NCBI GenBank assembly: GCA_022703645.1
Contig: JAKLDG010000001.1
Location: 669,254-733,253, forward strand
Direction: 5' to 3'
DNA length: 64,000 bases
Origin: Patescibacteria group bacterium
GTDB taxonomy: Bacteria; Patescibacteriota; JACPGU01
Positions within the stretch are counted from its first letter, which is position 1. Each line of letters opens with the position of its first letter. The notes under the pieces were generated by a model, which saw only the letters and a program-made list of their open reading frames with translations, did no database searches and was not told the origin of the DNA. Positions 63,174 through 64,000 of the stretch are shown piece after piece. The position numbers and the translations under genes were made by a program.

Positions 63174-64000
63174 TTTTTCCTCCTAATTCATTAAAACATT
63201 CGACCAAGCTATTTGCTGCCAAAAACCAACTGAACTTTTTTACTTGGCTAAAGCCTTTTTCAATAAGTTCATCTTTCAAGCCTTCATTTTCCAATACCTT
63301 TCTTATCTGCTCACTCATCTTCGCAACGTCAAAGGGATCAGTATATAATGCTGCTTCTCCGCCTACCTCAGGAAGTGAGGCTGTGTTTGAACTGACAACA
63401 GGAACACCGCAAGCCATAGCTTCTAGAATAGGTATACCAAATCCTTCATAGAAGGATGGCTGTACATAAACACTTGCCGCGCTATAAATATATGGCAGTT
63501 CTGATTCATCAACATAACCCGTAAAAGTAACGTTGGGTTCTATTGAATATTTTTTGATTAATTGTCTAACTCCTTCACTGTATCTCTCGTCCTCTTTACC
63601 AACTAAAACTAATTTATACTCTTCTCTTAGATATTCTGACAATTTTACATAAGCCAATACTAAAGCTTTTATATTTTTGTGCGGTTCGTTGCGACCAACA
63701 TATAATATATATTTTTTATTAACTCCGTATTTTTCTTTTAAAAGCCTTTTGGCGCTTCGTGAATCAATTTTACGAAAACTCTTTGATACTCCCATATAAA
63801 TCATTTTTATTTTCCTTGACGGAACATGAAACATCTTTATTAGATCGCGTGAAGTATTAATTGATATAGTAACAATCTTGTCAGCCCTTCTTAGGACAAT
63901 TCTTGGCGCAAGACGAATTTTATGATAAAGCTTTCGTGTAAGGCTCATTTTAAAATATGGATAAAAGAAATGCATCAAATCAAAAACAGTCAAGATAACT
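63157..64000 (-). CDS. glycosyltransferase family 4, N-terminus truncated by window edge
   Basis: C-terminal GT4 region ...QPSFYEGFGIPILEAMACGVPVV...; first residues correspond to mid-protein. Confidence 0.7.
   Translation of the reverse strand, partial: VILTVFDLMHFFYPYFKMSLTRKLYHKIRLAPRIVLRRADKIVTISINTSRDLIKMFHVPSRKIKMIYMGVSKSFRKIDSRSAKRLLKEKYGVNKKYILYVGRNEPHKNIKALVLAYVKLSEYLREEYKLVLVGKEDERYSEGVRQLIKKYSIEPNVTFTGYVDESELPYIYSAASVYVQPSFYEGFGIPILEAMACGVPVVSSNTASLPEVGGEAALYTDPFDVAKMSEQIRKVLENEGLKDELIEKGFSQVKKFSWFLAANSLVECFNELGGKNDIKN

Overview
This is an AT-rich, gene-dense bacterial chromosome segment. Gene content (RNase Y, compact housekeeping set, DGR, small proteins with odd tails) suggests a Patescibacteria/CPR-like or low-GC organism, but that is an inference. 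Core housekeeping genes: LCP-family protein, lepB, der, infB, gyrA-gyrB, dnaB, dnaX, dnaE, gltX, rnhB, rplS, rpmA, rpsU, ybeY, rny, hup, queH. RNA genes absent from the ORF track: RNase P RNA (16644-17053, with a canonical TTGACT-17-TATAAT promoter) and four tRNAs, Gln-UUG, Glu-CUC, Gln-CUG and Arg-CCU. There are two cell-envelope/polysaccharide loci (17.1-24.4 kb and 58-64 kb). Two accessory systems stand out. (1) A complete diversity-generating retroelement (DGR) at 55.0-57.9 kb. Its reverse transcriptase carries the DGR hallmark IGxLTSQxFAN motif and aligns with Bordetella phage Brt. It has an Avd-like four-helix-bundle gene and a 126-bp TR/VR pair differing at 17 positions, 16 of them adenines of the TR coding strand. 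A GC-rich IMH-like end and a palindromic hairpin sit at the target gene's stop codon. The RT is interrupted by a (TC)16 dinucleotide tract. (2) A ~4.1-kb insertion (36617-40760) abuts the 3' end of tRNA-Gln(CUG) and is bounded by a 7-bp direct repeat AAACTGG. It consists of two back-to-back modules, each bracketed by long perfect inverted repeats (141 bp and 86 bp). One module encodes a large serine recombinase; the other a TrmB-like regulator, an XRE regulator, a NUDIX hydrolase and a Cys-rich small protein. Other oddities are listed in the findings.
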